Below, in pieces: positions 11,791-20,855 of a DNA stretch of 64,000 nt. The notes beneath the pieces were generated by a model. That model was not told the origin of the DNA. It did no database searches and worked only from the letters and a program-made list of their open reading frames with translations. Each line of letters opens with the position of its first letter. The first letter of the stretch is position 1. The translations under genes and the position numbers were made by a program. Source of the stretch: a virus; the IMG/VR virus record IMGVR_UViG_3300045988_125874; one strand, given 5' to 3'.

Positions 11791-11825
11791 CCTTCTATTT
11801 TTGCTTTTTGTTCTATTGGTCGTAT

Positions 11826-12542
11826 TTAGTCCCATCTCATAGCTTTTATCTTTTCCATGTTTTTCGGGTCGTCTGCATTGACAAATGTCCTGTCATTGGA
11901 AATACGGGCTTCTTTCTTTTCTTCGTCAGTAAGATATACGGAAGTAATAGCATCTGCCATCAGCATTTGAAGAAATGAAAAACTAATTTCCCATACAATC
12001 TGCTGTGGAGTCATGTTGAGTTTTTCACATGCTGGTAATATTAAAGAACCAAATACGCTTTTACCGCCAAAAGTGATGGAATTGCCTTTCTTGTTTTTTA
12101 TCATTGAAACTTTAGCTAGTTCTTTACGTTCCCGGTCAATCCCGAAATATTTGATAAACTCATCTGTATTATCTTTAGTAAGAACCATAACAAGAAGTTG
12201 AGCCATTTCTTCATTTGAAAGATTTTTCCTCAAAAACTGGCATCTGCTATTTACAATTCTGTTATTAAATAGTTCTTCTTTCTTGTTGAGTGTATGGTAA
12301 GATAATAGCTGGCAAACAATCTCTTTTTTTTCTTGGCATAATCTTAATGCTTCCATATATGGGTTTGCTTTAATAATATCAGCCTTCATATCAAGGCTTT
12401 CAATGAGCCTTGAAAGTAGATATGTTTTGCCCAAAGTTATTGGATATAGATAAAAATGTCGCTTATTGACCCGAAAGCCGTATGGTCTTTCCATTATGGT
12501 ATCAGCGATATTCATTTCTATTATTTTTCTATTTTCGACCAT
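11826..12542 (-). CDS. Hypothetical protein in the tail-assembly-chaperone position
   Basis: ORF track. Located between the major tail and TMP genes. No G/GT frameshift partner recognised. Confidence 0.45.
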   Translation of the reverse strand: MVENRKIIEMNIADTIMERPYGFRVNKRHFYLYPITLGKTYLLSRLIESLDMKADIIKANPYMEALRLCQEKKEIVCQLLSYHTLNKKEELFNNRIVNSRCQFLRKNLSNEEMAQLLVMVLTKDNTDEFIKYFGIDRERKELAKVSMIKNKKGNSITFGGKSVFGSLILPACEKLNMTPQQIVWEISFSFLQMLMADAITSVYLTDEEKKEARISNDRTFVNADDPKNMEKIKAMRWD

Positions 12543-12757
12543 ATACTATTACTTTTAGAAAATAAAATGGCTATCTTCACAGACTGCCAATTTCAGACAT
12601 GAAAACAAATCAACTCATGATTTTTAGAGCGGATTGATGGGCCTGCACCATCCCCTTCACTCTGGTAGAGCGACGCACGCCTGTGTGTGCTTAATCCGCA
12701 GGTGTGCATCCACCTAATAGATGCACGAGCCTCTATAAAAAATATACCTATTGTAAC

Positions 12758-13309
12758 TTATCCGCCTATTCCTGGATTAGGAGCAACTTCAAACTTGTCT
12801 CCATCGCCATCTTCGTCATCCGGGTCACATTCAATTTTTGTAATAGGAGATCCTGTTGTAGGAGTAACAATAATTTTACCCCATTGGACTTGATTCTTAT
12901 TAGCAGCAGATTTTAAGGCATCAAACGTATATGCCCAAACACCACCATCTGCACTAGTAAACGTATCTTCAACTGATACCGTTGTCTTTTCCATGCAAAA
13001 TCCGGGAACTTCAGGATCTTCCGGTTGTAGTGCAACAGCATAATTGTGAGCAACTACGCCATCACTGTCGCTGATAGGTCTTTTGCGCCCTTTTGCCGCA
13101 CGTATGTTGACTACTAGGGCATAGGTGTTTTTACCATACTTGACGTCTTCATTTTCTCCACCTTCAATTTTGGCTTCTTGCTTGTCGCCTTTTGTTGTTG
13201 TCAACTGTGTGGAATTTTCCACAGGTGTAGGAAGCTCTTCCCATTTGGGCGAAGTAGCATCCAGGTCTTTTACGAAAATTCGGGGTTTACCCCATCCGAT
13301 TACTGCCAT
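12758..13309 (-). CDS. Major tail protein
   Basis: Position after the head-tail joining genes, 183 aa, acidic C-terminal tail. Followed by a structured GC-rich intergenic region. Confidence 0.65.
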   Translation of the reverse strand: MAVIGWGKPRIFVKDLDATSPKWEELPTPVENSTQLTTTKGDKQEAKIEGGENEDVKYGKNTYALVVNIRAAKGRKRPISDSDGVVAHNYAVALQPEDPEVPGFCMEKTTVSVEDTFTSADGGVWAYTFDALKSAANKNQVQWGKIIVTPTTGSPITKIECDPDDEDGDGDKFEVAPNPGIGG

Positions 13310-13338
13310 AGTTCTATATCACTTAATATAGTTAATAC

Positions 13339-13761
13339 TTATTCGTTATTTATTTCAATATACAGTTTGTTATTGATGAAATGCTCGGTATGTCCGTCTT
13401 CAAAAGGAATGCCTGTGGAATTAGTTTTCTGACTGCATTTTGAAGGAACTGTATGATACTCATCTTTGCGTATAAAAACAAGGAACTTGCATAATTCACA
13501 TAGTTCACCTACGCGTTGAGTATTCTTTTCCCACGATTTTGTTTCTTCATTCCATTGGTCACTGACATATACATTGACATTAACATAAGCTCTCTGGATC
13601 TGACCGCATCCCTCATTAGCAAGAACAGATATAACTATATCTTCCTTATCTGATTTATTGGGTCTTCCTCTGTCACTCAATTTACCAGAAACATTCTGTT
13701 CAAGGCTTGTTCCCTTAATCTTGTGGTAAACGAACTTCTGTATTTCAATGTCTGATTTCAT
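13339..13761 (-). CDS. Tail terminator / tail completion protein
   Basis: Position immediately upstream of the major tail gene; ATGA-type coupling with the upstream gene. Confidence 0.5.
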   Translation of the reverse strand: MKSDIEIQKFVYHKIKGTSLEQNVSGKLSDRGRPNKSDKEDIVISVLANEGCGQIQRAYVNVNVYVSDQWNEETKSWEKNTQRVGELCELCKFLVFIRKDEYHTVPSKCSQKTNSTGIPFEDGHTEHFINNKLYIEINNE

Positions 13762-14303
13762 TATTTAGCAATCTGTCTTTTTAGCTTTTCAAGCATTTGA
13801 GGAATTTTGTCTGTCGCCCATAATTCCGTTGATGCAAGTACGTCTTTATTATCCATCGCTTCTACATATTCAGCGTAATTCATTCCGGCAACAATGACAA
13901 GTACATAATCATTAGAATACCTTTTTATGAGTTCTTCGGCAAGGTCTTTCCCGGCTTTTGCACCTTCCTGACCTCCGGCTTTGACACGTGCTGTAAATGA
14001 AATTTTTTTGCCATCTTTAGTAACATATTCAACTTGTTTTGTATGGGCTGCTTTCCCCATGCTACTGTCAAAACCGTAGCTTGAAACTATGTTGCCATTA
14101 TGGGAAATAATATATCCAACAGAACTTCTAAGATTACCGGACTGGTCAAACCAGCTCTTTTCTCCGGGACGATCTCGGATTCTTCGTACACATTGCTCTC
14201 CAAGATAAGCTAAAGCACGTATTGTTAGTGTTTCTACGCGTTCTGCTTCTTTCATTAAAGTCTTATGTATTTCGTCCAGCTTGCCGGATAATTTTATTCC
14301 CAT
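13761..14303 (-). CDS. HK97 gp10-like tail-component/neck protein
   Basis: Position and size. The N-terminus MGIKLSGKLDEIHKTLMKEAERV resembles gp10-family starts. Confidence 0.5.
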   Translation of the reverse strand: MGIKLSGKLDEIHKTLMKEAERVETLTIRALAYLGEQCVRRIRDRPGEKSWFDQSGNLRSSVGYIISHNGNIVSSYGFDSSMGKAAHTKQVEYVTKDGKKISFTARVKAGGQEGAKAGKDLAEELIKRYSNDYVLVIVAGMNYAEYVEAMDNKDVLASTELWATDKIPQMLEKLKRQIAK

Positions 14304-14306
14304 ATT

Positions 14307-14633
14307 TTAAACCCAAATTTTACACTGAAGTTGGTAACGATGGAAACCTTTTACTTCAAATTCTCTTTCAATTCCTCCGAGCAGATTTATTTTAACCCTG
14401 TCTCCAATAGTAAAGGTCTGACAATTACTTGGAAGACAAACCGTATATGAATAGCTTCTTACAACACCGTCTTCAAACTCCCTTTCTTCCGCCTTTCCGG
14501 AAGGTACTGCATCACAAGGGATTGAGCCCTTCCATTCAGATGAACCGGGATGATAATTTCCATTTTCATCTTCATAGCCAGGTACAGCCACTAGGTATTG
14601 TAAACGATGTGGATTTCTATTTGCTACTGCCAT
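14307..14633 (-). CDS. Head closure / head-tail joining protein
   Basis: C-terminus GDRVKINLLGGIEREFEVKGFHRYQLQCKIWV resembles head-tail joining proteins. ATG at 14633 (MAVANRN) is preferred over the track start at 14657. Confidence 0.55.
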   Translation of the reverse strand: MAVANRNPHRLQYLVAVPGYEDENGNYHPGSSEWKGSIPCDAVPSGKAEEREFEDGVVRSYSYTVCLPSNCQTFTIGDRVKINLLGGIEREFEVKGFHRYQLQCKIWV

Positions 14634-14634
14634 A

Positions 14635-14973
14635 CTACAACAAACAATCACCCACATATACCATTGGTTTTGCTTCCAGTTCTACTGAAGGCTCACCAAT
14701 AGTATTGTAGATGGAGTTAACACGTAATAGTATTCGTTCTTTGTCTTTATCAGACAAAGCCCCGAAGGACTTGTCTGCTTCAGAGAAATTGATAGCCTGA
14801 ACCAAAGACCAAAGACAATCAGCTAGAGCTCCCTGATATTCGTTAGAATGAGCTATGTCGTAATTAAACTCATCATCACCATTGAGATTACGTTTAATCA
14901 TCACATTCTCTACAAAACCGATAGGGATCGGATAATGTATTTCGTCTATGAGGGCTTGCTGAATTGTCTTCAT
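14635..14973 (-). CDS. Head-tail connector/adaptor (gp6-like)
   Basis: Position directly downstream of the capsid gene; 112 aa. Confidence 0.5.
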   Translation of the reverse strand: MKTIQQALIDEIHYPIPIGFVENVMIKRNLNGDDEFNYDIAHSNEYQGALADCLWSLVQAINFSEADKSFGALSDKDKERILLRVNSIYNTIGEPSVELEAKPMVYVGDCLL

Positions 14974-14976
14974 GGT

Positions 14977-16314
14977 TTACGATGCTTTATGAGATTCAAC
15001 CGCCTTTTTCAATGCTTCTTCGTCTGCGTCACTTAATCTGTTGACTGCTGCGATTAGTTTATCATCGGAAACGGTGGAAGTAAGGTTCTTGCCTGCAATC
15101 TTGTTATATTCCGTCACAAACTCCGGCTTTTTGTAAGTTGCTCCCCAAATTGTAATCTTAACATCAGAAGTATCTTTCTCTTCTTCTGTTGTGTCTACTG
15201 TTTGGGCTTCCAGTATATCCAAAGAATAGATTTGATCTACGTTTTCGATAACCGGCAAGCAGATAGCCTGTCCGTTTGTAAATTCCTGCAATGGGTCTGT
15301 TTTAGAGTAGCGGCTAATCAACTTATATTCGTCAATAGTAGTATATTCCACTCCATTAACGGGATTAGTTGCTTCAGCCAAAGTTCCCCATACAAAAGAA
15401 CCTACATTATCAGCGGAAGGGAGGAATATAAGTTTGTTTGCATTCCACGGCTTATAAGAAACCCTTTTCCCATTCTTCTCATAGGTAACAGAACGGTCAA
15501 CTTTCAAGAACGAAATGCCACCATATTGATCCGAAAACGCTTCATCAAATAAAGTAGATGTAGGAACCGGAAGTTTAGTATCATTATCAAAGGTTTGACC
15601 ACGATAATTTGCGGCTAGTTCTTTAGCCCATTGAGATTGACGCATTTTGTTATATGTAGATAAAGCCAGCATAATAACTGAAATACTGTTACCGTCATCG
15701 TTAGCTTTACTTATAACTCTTTCAATATCATCTCCTGTAACTTCACCGGTAGTAACAACCCCAAAGCTATGTTCTGGTAAATAACCATAATCAAAACGGA
15801 GACCTATACCAGTATTTTTATCATCGTCACCCTCAACAATGATGATACCATCGGATAGTCCTGTAAGGAAATTTGCTTCATTTCTCTCATCAATACCAAT
15901 AGAGCAAGCTGTTCCATCGTCCAACATACGAGTGATTATGCGGTTAAGAACAGATTTCTTAGCTGCATCCGTGCTGGCGTTGGATAAATGAGCTCTCATA
16001 ATGTTGATAGCATTAATTTGAGTCTCTCTTAGAATCTTTTTAATTCCGATCTTAGGCAATTCTCCGTTTGACCGTGCGATAGAATCTCGCTTTTTAGGTG
16101 AAAGCGGAGAGTCCATAGCCACCATATCAGCAGCGACATGCGTAGTATTGGCAGATGTGCCTTCCCATTTCTGATCGGGGGAGTACACTTTAGTAAGCAT
16201 CGTTTTGTGAAGATAGGTCAATGTCTTGTTTGTATCATTGATCTTTTCTTTCACATACAGGCTTAATTTAGGCCATATTCTTCTTACAAATTCAATAAAC
16301 AATGATTCATTCAT
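14977..16314 (-). CDS. Major capsid protein
   Basis: 445 aa, downstream of the scaffold gene and upstream of the connectors. Confidence 0.7.
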   Translation of the reverse strand: MNESLFIEFVRRIWPKLSLYVKEKINDTNKTLTYLHKTMLTKVYSPDQKWEGTSANTTHVAADMVAMDSPLSPKKRDSIARSNGELPKIGIKKILRETQINAINIMRAHLSNASTDAAKKSVLNRIITRMLDDGTACSIGIDERNEANFLTGLSDGIIIVEGDDDKNTGIGLRFDYGYLPEHSFGVVTTGEVTGDDIERVISKANDDGNSISVIMLALSTYNKMRQSQWAKELAANYRGQTFDNDTKLPVPTSTLFDEAFSDQYGGISFLKVDRSVTYEKNGKRVSYKPWNANKLIFLPSADNVGSFVWGTLAEATNPVNGVEYTTIDEYKLISRYSKTDPLQEFTNGQAICLPVIENVDQIYSLDILEAQTVDTTEEEKDTSDVKITIWGATYKKPEFVTEYNKIAGKNLTSTVSDDKLIAAVNRLSDADEEALKKAVESHKAS

Positions 16315-16327
16315 CTTTCACCTCCTT

Positions 16328-16729
16328 TTAATCGTGTAAAAAAACGAGTTGTGGCAATGCCGTTTTTAATGCAGCTTTGATGCTGTCAACGGAATAAGGA
16401 CTTGCCACATCATTAACTTCACCAGCATACATAATGCCTACAAATGGTTTGTCGGCAGGTTTTGAACAAACAACTACGCCAACATATTCATGATTGGATG
16501 GTAATGAATCGTAAGCTGTACCTGCAGAATTAACAGGCATCGGCTTATAAGTATCGTTCTCTGTATCGCGGATAACGATGTGCCCGGCTTTGATTACAGA
16601 CTGCTTAAATCCAGTCATGTCTAACGTCCGGCCATTCATAATTCCGCCCAAATAGTTACGAATAACAATCGAATCCATTCCGGTTAGGATTGTTTCTTGT
16701 TCGTTGACTAAATCAGCTTTTGCGCCCAT
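16328..16729 (-). CDS. Capsid-associated protein (possible decoration/auxiliary head protein)
   Basis: 133 aa ORF between the scaffold and capsid genes. Confidence 0.4.
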   Translation of the reverse strand: MGAKADLVNEQETILTGMDSIVIRNYLGGIMNGRTLDMTGFKQSVIKAGHIVIRDTENDTYKPMPVNSAGTAYDSLPSNHEYVGVVVCSKPADKPFVGIMYAGEVNDVASPYSVDSIKAALKTALPQLVFLHD

Positions 16730-16746
16730 TTTTAATTTGTTTTTGA

Positions 16747-17454
16747 TTAAAGGCCTTTAGCTATTGCTATGACCTCTTCGTCAGTTAATACTTCATTTTT
16801 TTCTTGTTTCTTACTTCCTGCACCTGGAGGATTCCCCAAACTAGATAGTCCTGCGTCGGCACGTTCTTGGTTGTAAGATTTCAAATCTTCCTCAACTTCG
16901 GAATAGAATTCTTCAAACTCTTCATCATTTTCAAACTTCATTTTATTGAAGGATTTCAATGTGCGAGTTCCGAATGTACCAGCATCTTTTAAAAGGGATT
17001 CAAGTTTTTCTCTACGTGTAGTGGTTACTTTTTCACCTTTTAATGCTGCAATTTCATCATTCAGTATTTGTACTGTCTGAACCAAACCTTTAGCCCATTC
17101 AGGGGCATCATCATTCTTTCCTTTGTTTTGGGGATTTTTTTTGTTTGAACCCGGCTGGCGATTAGTGGAATTTGATGACTCATCGTCATCGTCGTCATCG
17201 GTTTCATCGTCGTCATTCTTTTTACGGTTTTCTTCGATTACTCGATTTGCAAAAGACTGGCTGACTTGTAGGTAGGGGAGAACCGCATCAATAGCTGTAT
17301 CAATTTCTGCGTTTACGTCCTCATCGGAGGCATCGTCTGTGGAAGTTAGATTGTCGGCAATCTTGGCAGCGACACTCATCAATTCCTTTTTATTGAACCC
17401 GAACGCCTTCACTTTCGGTTTCAATCTCAACAATACTTGTTGTTTTCTGTCCAT
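16747..17454 (-). CDS. Scaffolding protein
   Basis: Acidic low-complexity tract (ETDDDDDDESS), predicted helical, position upstream of the capsid gene. Confidence 0.7.
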   Translation of the reverse strand: MDRKQQVLLRLKPKVKAFGFNKKELMSVAAKIADNLTSTDDASDEDVNAEIDTAIDAVLPYLQVSQSFANRVIEENRKKNDDDETDDDDDDESSNSTNRQPGSNKKNPQNKGKNDDAPEWAKGLVQTVQILNDEIAALKGEKVTTTRREKLESLLKDAGTFGTRTLKSFNKMKFENDEEFEEFYSEVEEDLKSYNQERADAGLSSLGNPPGAGSKKQEKNEVLTDEEVIAIAKGL

Positions 17455-17601
17455 TGTACAATGTTTTGGTTACTAAAATAGTCTGCGAAGTACGTATACC
17501 AGCAGACTATTCGCTTAGAACTTTACCAAACAATAGAGCAATGAGTTTTTACGACAAGTTCTGTGGCGTACGTCTTCATACGCATCTGATACAAAAGTAG
17601 T

Positions 17602-17628
17602 AAAAGTGGCGTAAACTCAATCACGTTT
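17602..17628 (-). promoter_or_regulatory. Copy 1 of the 27-bp dyad motif AAAAGTGGCGTAAAYTCAATCACTTTT
   Basis: aaaagtggcgtaaactcaatcacgttt lies in the intergenic region upstream of the scaffold/capsid operon. It is one of four near-identical copies. Confidence 0.6.
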
Positions 17629-17690
17629 AGTGTTAAAGTATATAAAAAGTAAATGTTTGGATTTGCCTGAATGAGAGGTGTTTAATTAGG

Positions 17691-18122
17691 CTATTCCTTT
17701 AGGTATCTATATGCTTTTAGGTATTTGTTTAGTCTGTAAATATCTTTCTCTGCAAGTTCGTTCAAACGTGTTATATCCATGTTGTCTTCCAAGTCATGCA
17801 ATTTAACTTGTCTTCCTATAGGGTTAAGCTTAGAACGTTTTATAAAATCTTCGTAACTTTCTCCTTTATTACGAGTAACTGAAATAATAGCATCAACAAT
17901 ATATTGTGGGAATCCTCCCATTAGTAAAAAATCAGCGGTAACTTCAGTATCTTCTATCGTATCATGCAGCAAAGCAACAATCCTTTCGTTATCTGTAGAA
18001 CATTTATTTGCGACGCGGATAGGATGAAGTATATAAGGCATTCCTGCTTTGTCAACTTGATAAATATGCGCATCTGTTGCTATATGAAGCGCTTTCTCTA
18101 ATAAAGTACTAATATCTGTCAT
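17691..18122 (-). CDS. HD-domain hydrolase, RelA/SpoT-hydrolase-like (small alarmone hydrolase-like)
   Basis: Motif YILHPIRVANKCSTDNERIVALLHDTIEDTEV matches the HD (p)ppGpp-hydrolase signature (H...HD...D). ATG at 18122 is preferred over the TTG at 18152. Confidence 0.75.
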   Translation of the reverse strand: MTDISTLLEKALHIATDAHIYQVDKAGMPYILHPIRVANKCSTDNERIVALLHDTIEDTEVTADFLLMGGFPQYIVDAIISVTRNKGESYEDFIKRSKLNPIGRQVKLHDLEDNMDITRLNELAEKDIYRLNKYLKAYRYLKE

Positions 18123-18336
18123 ATTCTGATTTTGAAATTTCTTTTCCGCCAAGAATTATATTACAAACTGTTTTATTGGATTGTGGAATTTCTATCTCGT
18201 TACGCCCACGATGTTTTATATACGATTTTGTTTGACCGTTATCGAGATGTAAACGGATAACTGCTTCCTCAAAATCGTCAAGTAAATAAACCGTTTCACC
18301 TGACTGTAATTTATTATATAATTCCTTTTGGTTCAT
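18109..18336 (-). CDS. Small hypothetical protein (75 aa) between the MuF-RelA/SpoT fusion and the HD hydrolase
   Basis: ORF track. Its position is compatible with an immunity or adaptor protein. Confidence 0.55.
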   Translation of the reverse strand: MNQKELYNKLQSGETVYLLDDFEEAVIRLHLDNGQTKSYIKHRGRNEIEIPQSNKTVCNIILGGKEISKSEYDRY

Positions 18337-18360
18337 TTTTATATGTAAAGATAGTGATTT

Positions 18361-19977
18361 TTATTGGAAATGACTATAATATTCAATTGATTTTTCAGCT
18401 ATTTTTTGTGCCTTTTTATCAGCTTTGTCTAATACTCGCCATTCTTCATAATATTTATGTCCTAATCCTCCTTCCATACCTGTTTGCTTCTGTATTTCTT
18501 TCCAACGTTTTTCTCCAAGAATTCTTTTTGCGTCTTCCGGCTTTTCTTTGGCATAAATCATACGTTCTGTATTAACTTGAATTTCGGCAATTAATCCGTT
18601 AGATGTTTGGATATTGACTATATTGCCACTATATCCCATAAAGGATTCCGGTTTTTGCCTTTTCAGTCGTACAAACGAATCGCTTTCAGATAGTTCGTTT
18701 AATACTTGATCTATTTGTGATCTGGGGACTATAATTGTCGTCCTAACTGCGTCTTTTATATCGTATGGAGTTATACCTTCCGTTGTAACCTTTCTTGTTA
18801 TTGATGAGATGCTTTTGTAATTGATTGGCGTTACAAATCCTTTATTCTTTTTAGCTATGGATTCCGCTAAACTTTGTACCTCATTCCCGACTAAAGAAGC
18901 ACGATTAACAAGCTCTTTAGCTGAATTCTCGGTATTTATATTTTGAACAATTGATTTGTTATCTCTCAAAAAATAAGGTAGGGTGTTTCTTTTCTGGGCT
19001 TTCTCGATCTTTTGACGGTTTTCGAGTACCCATTTTTTGAATTCGTCAGGAACATCCTTTACTTCATTTATACTTTCTGTGGAAACATCGCTTCGTCCAT
19101 CCCATTCCCAGAATTCTTCTTCTGTTTTGAGGATAGGAACTTTATAACATAAATCATTCGGATGCCATCCTGTCCAGGTGAAGTCTTTAGGATATTTACC
19201 GGCAAGTGTGTCACAAATGTCTCCATGTGGCATACGACTATGATGAGAAGAACTTAGTTTTATTTCATATCCGACTACGAAATCCATTTGTTTCCATCTT
19301 TCGTTTTCGGCTGTTCTATAAGCCATGTTTATTTCTGAACGGGCTAGACGTATGGAACGATACTCACAATCTTGTATATGTTCAGCACTGCCATATCTGT
19401 CTTTGTAATCTTTTTGCAGTAATGGGAAATCAAGAAGATACTTACTTATTTGCTTACTCAACGTAACAGCACTGGTTCCTTTTTGAATAGCGCATGAGAT
19501 CGCAGCCTCCAGTTCTTCTTTGTAGATCATAGATTGCTGCCAGAGTTTTGCAGATATATTGAATCCTTTATCTTTTCGGTTCTGGAATGCTTTCAAAGCA
19601 TCTGAATTTGTTTGATATAGTATTTTATATTTTTCTTTGTCAACTTGGGCGTTATATGCTTTTAGTACTTTGTTTGCTATTAAATCCTGCGCTTCATTAC
19701 TATTCTTCCATTCTTCGGTAGTACCGCGATAGATAGTTGCATTTATATCCTCTACAAAGTGCTTCTGTATATCGTCAATTTGCTTTTTAGTTTGAGGGTA
19801 GTCAGACCATTTAAACGGCTTATCGCTATCAGGGGAATATTTAGTACGTGAAACGGCTTTGGCAGCTTCCAAATTCAGGGTATCGTATATTTGCTCAACG
19901 AGGGCTACATATCTGTTTAATCTCCCGTTGAGTTCTTGGTACTTCTTTTTCTGATTTGGAATCTTGGGTTTTGCCAT
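18361..19977 (-). CDS. MuF/SPP1 gp7-like head morphogenesis protein fused to a C-terminal RelA/SpoT-like nucleotidyltransferase domain
   Basis: MuF core: SSSHHSRMPHGDICDTLAGKYPKDFTWTGWHPNDLCY. C-terminal part: YKSISSITRKV...DIKDAVRTTIIV...FMGYSGNIVNIQTSNGLIAEIQVNTERMIYAKE resembles the RelA_SpoT synthetase motifs (KS..SI..K, D..R, GY...H, EIQ.RT). Confidence 0.75.
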   Translation of the reverse strand: MAKPKIPNQKKKYQELNGRLNRYVALVEQIYDTLNLEAAKAVSRTKYSPDSDKPFKWSDYPQTKKQIDDIQKHFVEDINATIYRGTTEEWKNSNEAQDLIANKVLKAYNAQVDKEKYKILYQTNSDALKAFQNRKDKGFNISAKLWQQSMIYKEELEAAISCAIQKGTSAVTLSKQISKYLLDFPLLQKDYKDRYGSAEHIQDCEYRSIRLARSEINMAYRTAENERWKQMDFVVGYEIKLSSSHHSRMPHGDICDTLAGKYPKDFTWTGWHPNDLCYKVPILKTEEEFWEWDGRSDVSTESINEVKDVPDEFKKWVLENRQKIEKAQKRNTLPYFLRDNKSIVQNINTENSAKELVNRASLVGNEVQSLAESIAKKNKGFVTPINYKSISSITRKVTTEGITPYDIKDAVRTTIIVPRSQIDQVLNELSESDSFVRLKRQKPESFMGYSGNIVNIQTSNGLIAEIQVNTERMIYAKEKPEDAKRILGEKRWKEIQKQTGMEGGLGHKYYEEWRVLDKADKKAQKIAEKSIEYYSHFQ

Positions 19978-20105
19978 TATTTCATTTGCTTTTTCTTATC
20001 CTTGTCGTCGGTAGGGTAGAGGTGGTGTTTTACTATAATCTTACCACAGATAGGACAATCCTGTACTATGTATTCCACTGTGACTACTCTAGTATGCTTT
20101 TTCAT
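19977..20105 (-). CDS. Small ORF (42 aa, MKKHTRVVTVEYIVQDCPICGKIIVKHH...)
   Basis: Manual translation (below the track cutoff). Its TAATG stop/start overlap with the MuF gene suggests translational coupling. Confidence 0.4.
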   Translation of the reverse strand: MKKHTRVVTVEYIVQDCPICGKIIVKHHLYPTDDKDKKKQMK

Positions 20106-20107
20106 AT

Positions 20108-20470
20108 TTATTCCTCCGAAATTCTATCAGGTGCTGGCATCTCCAATAATCGGATAGCTTTAATTGTTTCCTTTCCCTCCAATATCGCTTTACATAAACG
20201 ATGGTAGCCATCAGCAATTTGACCTACTTCGTCAAGGATAATAGGATATTCAAGAGAACATTGATTCACCCGTTTGCATTGAAAAATGAAACTGTGAAGC
20301 TGATTACATTCAAATGGTTCAGCTGTAAGGTCTATATTCCATAGCGGCATATCAAGCACTGGGTATTCTTTTGCCTTAGCAAAATCGTAGAGTGTTTGAG
20401 CTTTCCAGATCTTGTCTCCACGATGATATTCACTTTCGCTAAAAGTTATGTTATCTATAGGAACCTGCAT
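20108..20470 (-). CDS. ParB-like nuclease domain protein (120 aa)
   Basis: Motif PIILDEVGQIADGYHRLCKAILEG (DGxHR, ParB/Srx fold). Confidence 0.6.
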   Translation of the reverse strand: MQVPIDNITFSESEYHRGDKIWKAQTLYDFAKAKEYPVLDMPLWNIDLTAEPFECNQLHSFIFQCKRVNQCSLEYPIILDEVGQIADGYHRLCKAILEGKETIKAIRLLEMPAPDRISEE

Positions 20471-20471
20471 A

Positions 20472-20819
20472 TTATTCTTTTTTTATATATACTTTGATTT
20501 CACCGGTAACATGGAGTTCATCACCAACTTTTTCAACGGAGTATTCTATTAGCCCCCTCTGGTTGATTGAGCTTACAATTGATTGGAGAACTTCATCCTT
20601 TACTTCTTTGATGAACATTTCATCTGATTTTCGATTAGACCAACCTTCATCAAGTTTCTTCTTTTTTCGGTAATCCTTGATTTCTTTTTTAGTTCGGGCA
20701 AGGCAGATACCAAGCTTCTTTGCTTCGTAGTTATCAACTCGTTCAATACTACTCAATCTTTCTTGTGGATTGATTTTTTCTGCTAATCTAATAAGCCAGT
20801 TTGATATTTTTGTCTTCAT
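20472..20819 (-). CDS. Hypothetical protein (115 aa)
   Basis: ORF track; tightly packed in the accessory island. Confidence 0.55.
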   Translation of the reverse strand: MKTKISNWLIRLAEKINPQERLSSIERVDNYEAKKLGICLARTKKEIKDYRKKKKLDEGWSNRKSDEMFIKEVKDEVLQSIVSSINQRGLIEYSVEKVGDELHVTGEIKVYIKKE

Positions 20820-20855
20820 GATTTTAAGTTTTAAGCCAGCAGCGTAAACATCTGC

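Noticed and set aside
11826-12542. Search for the canonical -1 frameshifted G/GT tail chaperone pair.
   Set aside because: There is only one ORF before the opposite-strand moron, and no second overlapping frame or slippery heptamer that I could support.
12640-12725. Plus-strand tRNA suggested by TGGTAGAGCG.
   Set aside because: No T-arm (GGTTCGA-type) and no matching acceptor halves could be found. Kept only as a low-interest structured region.
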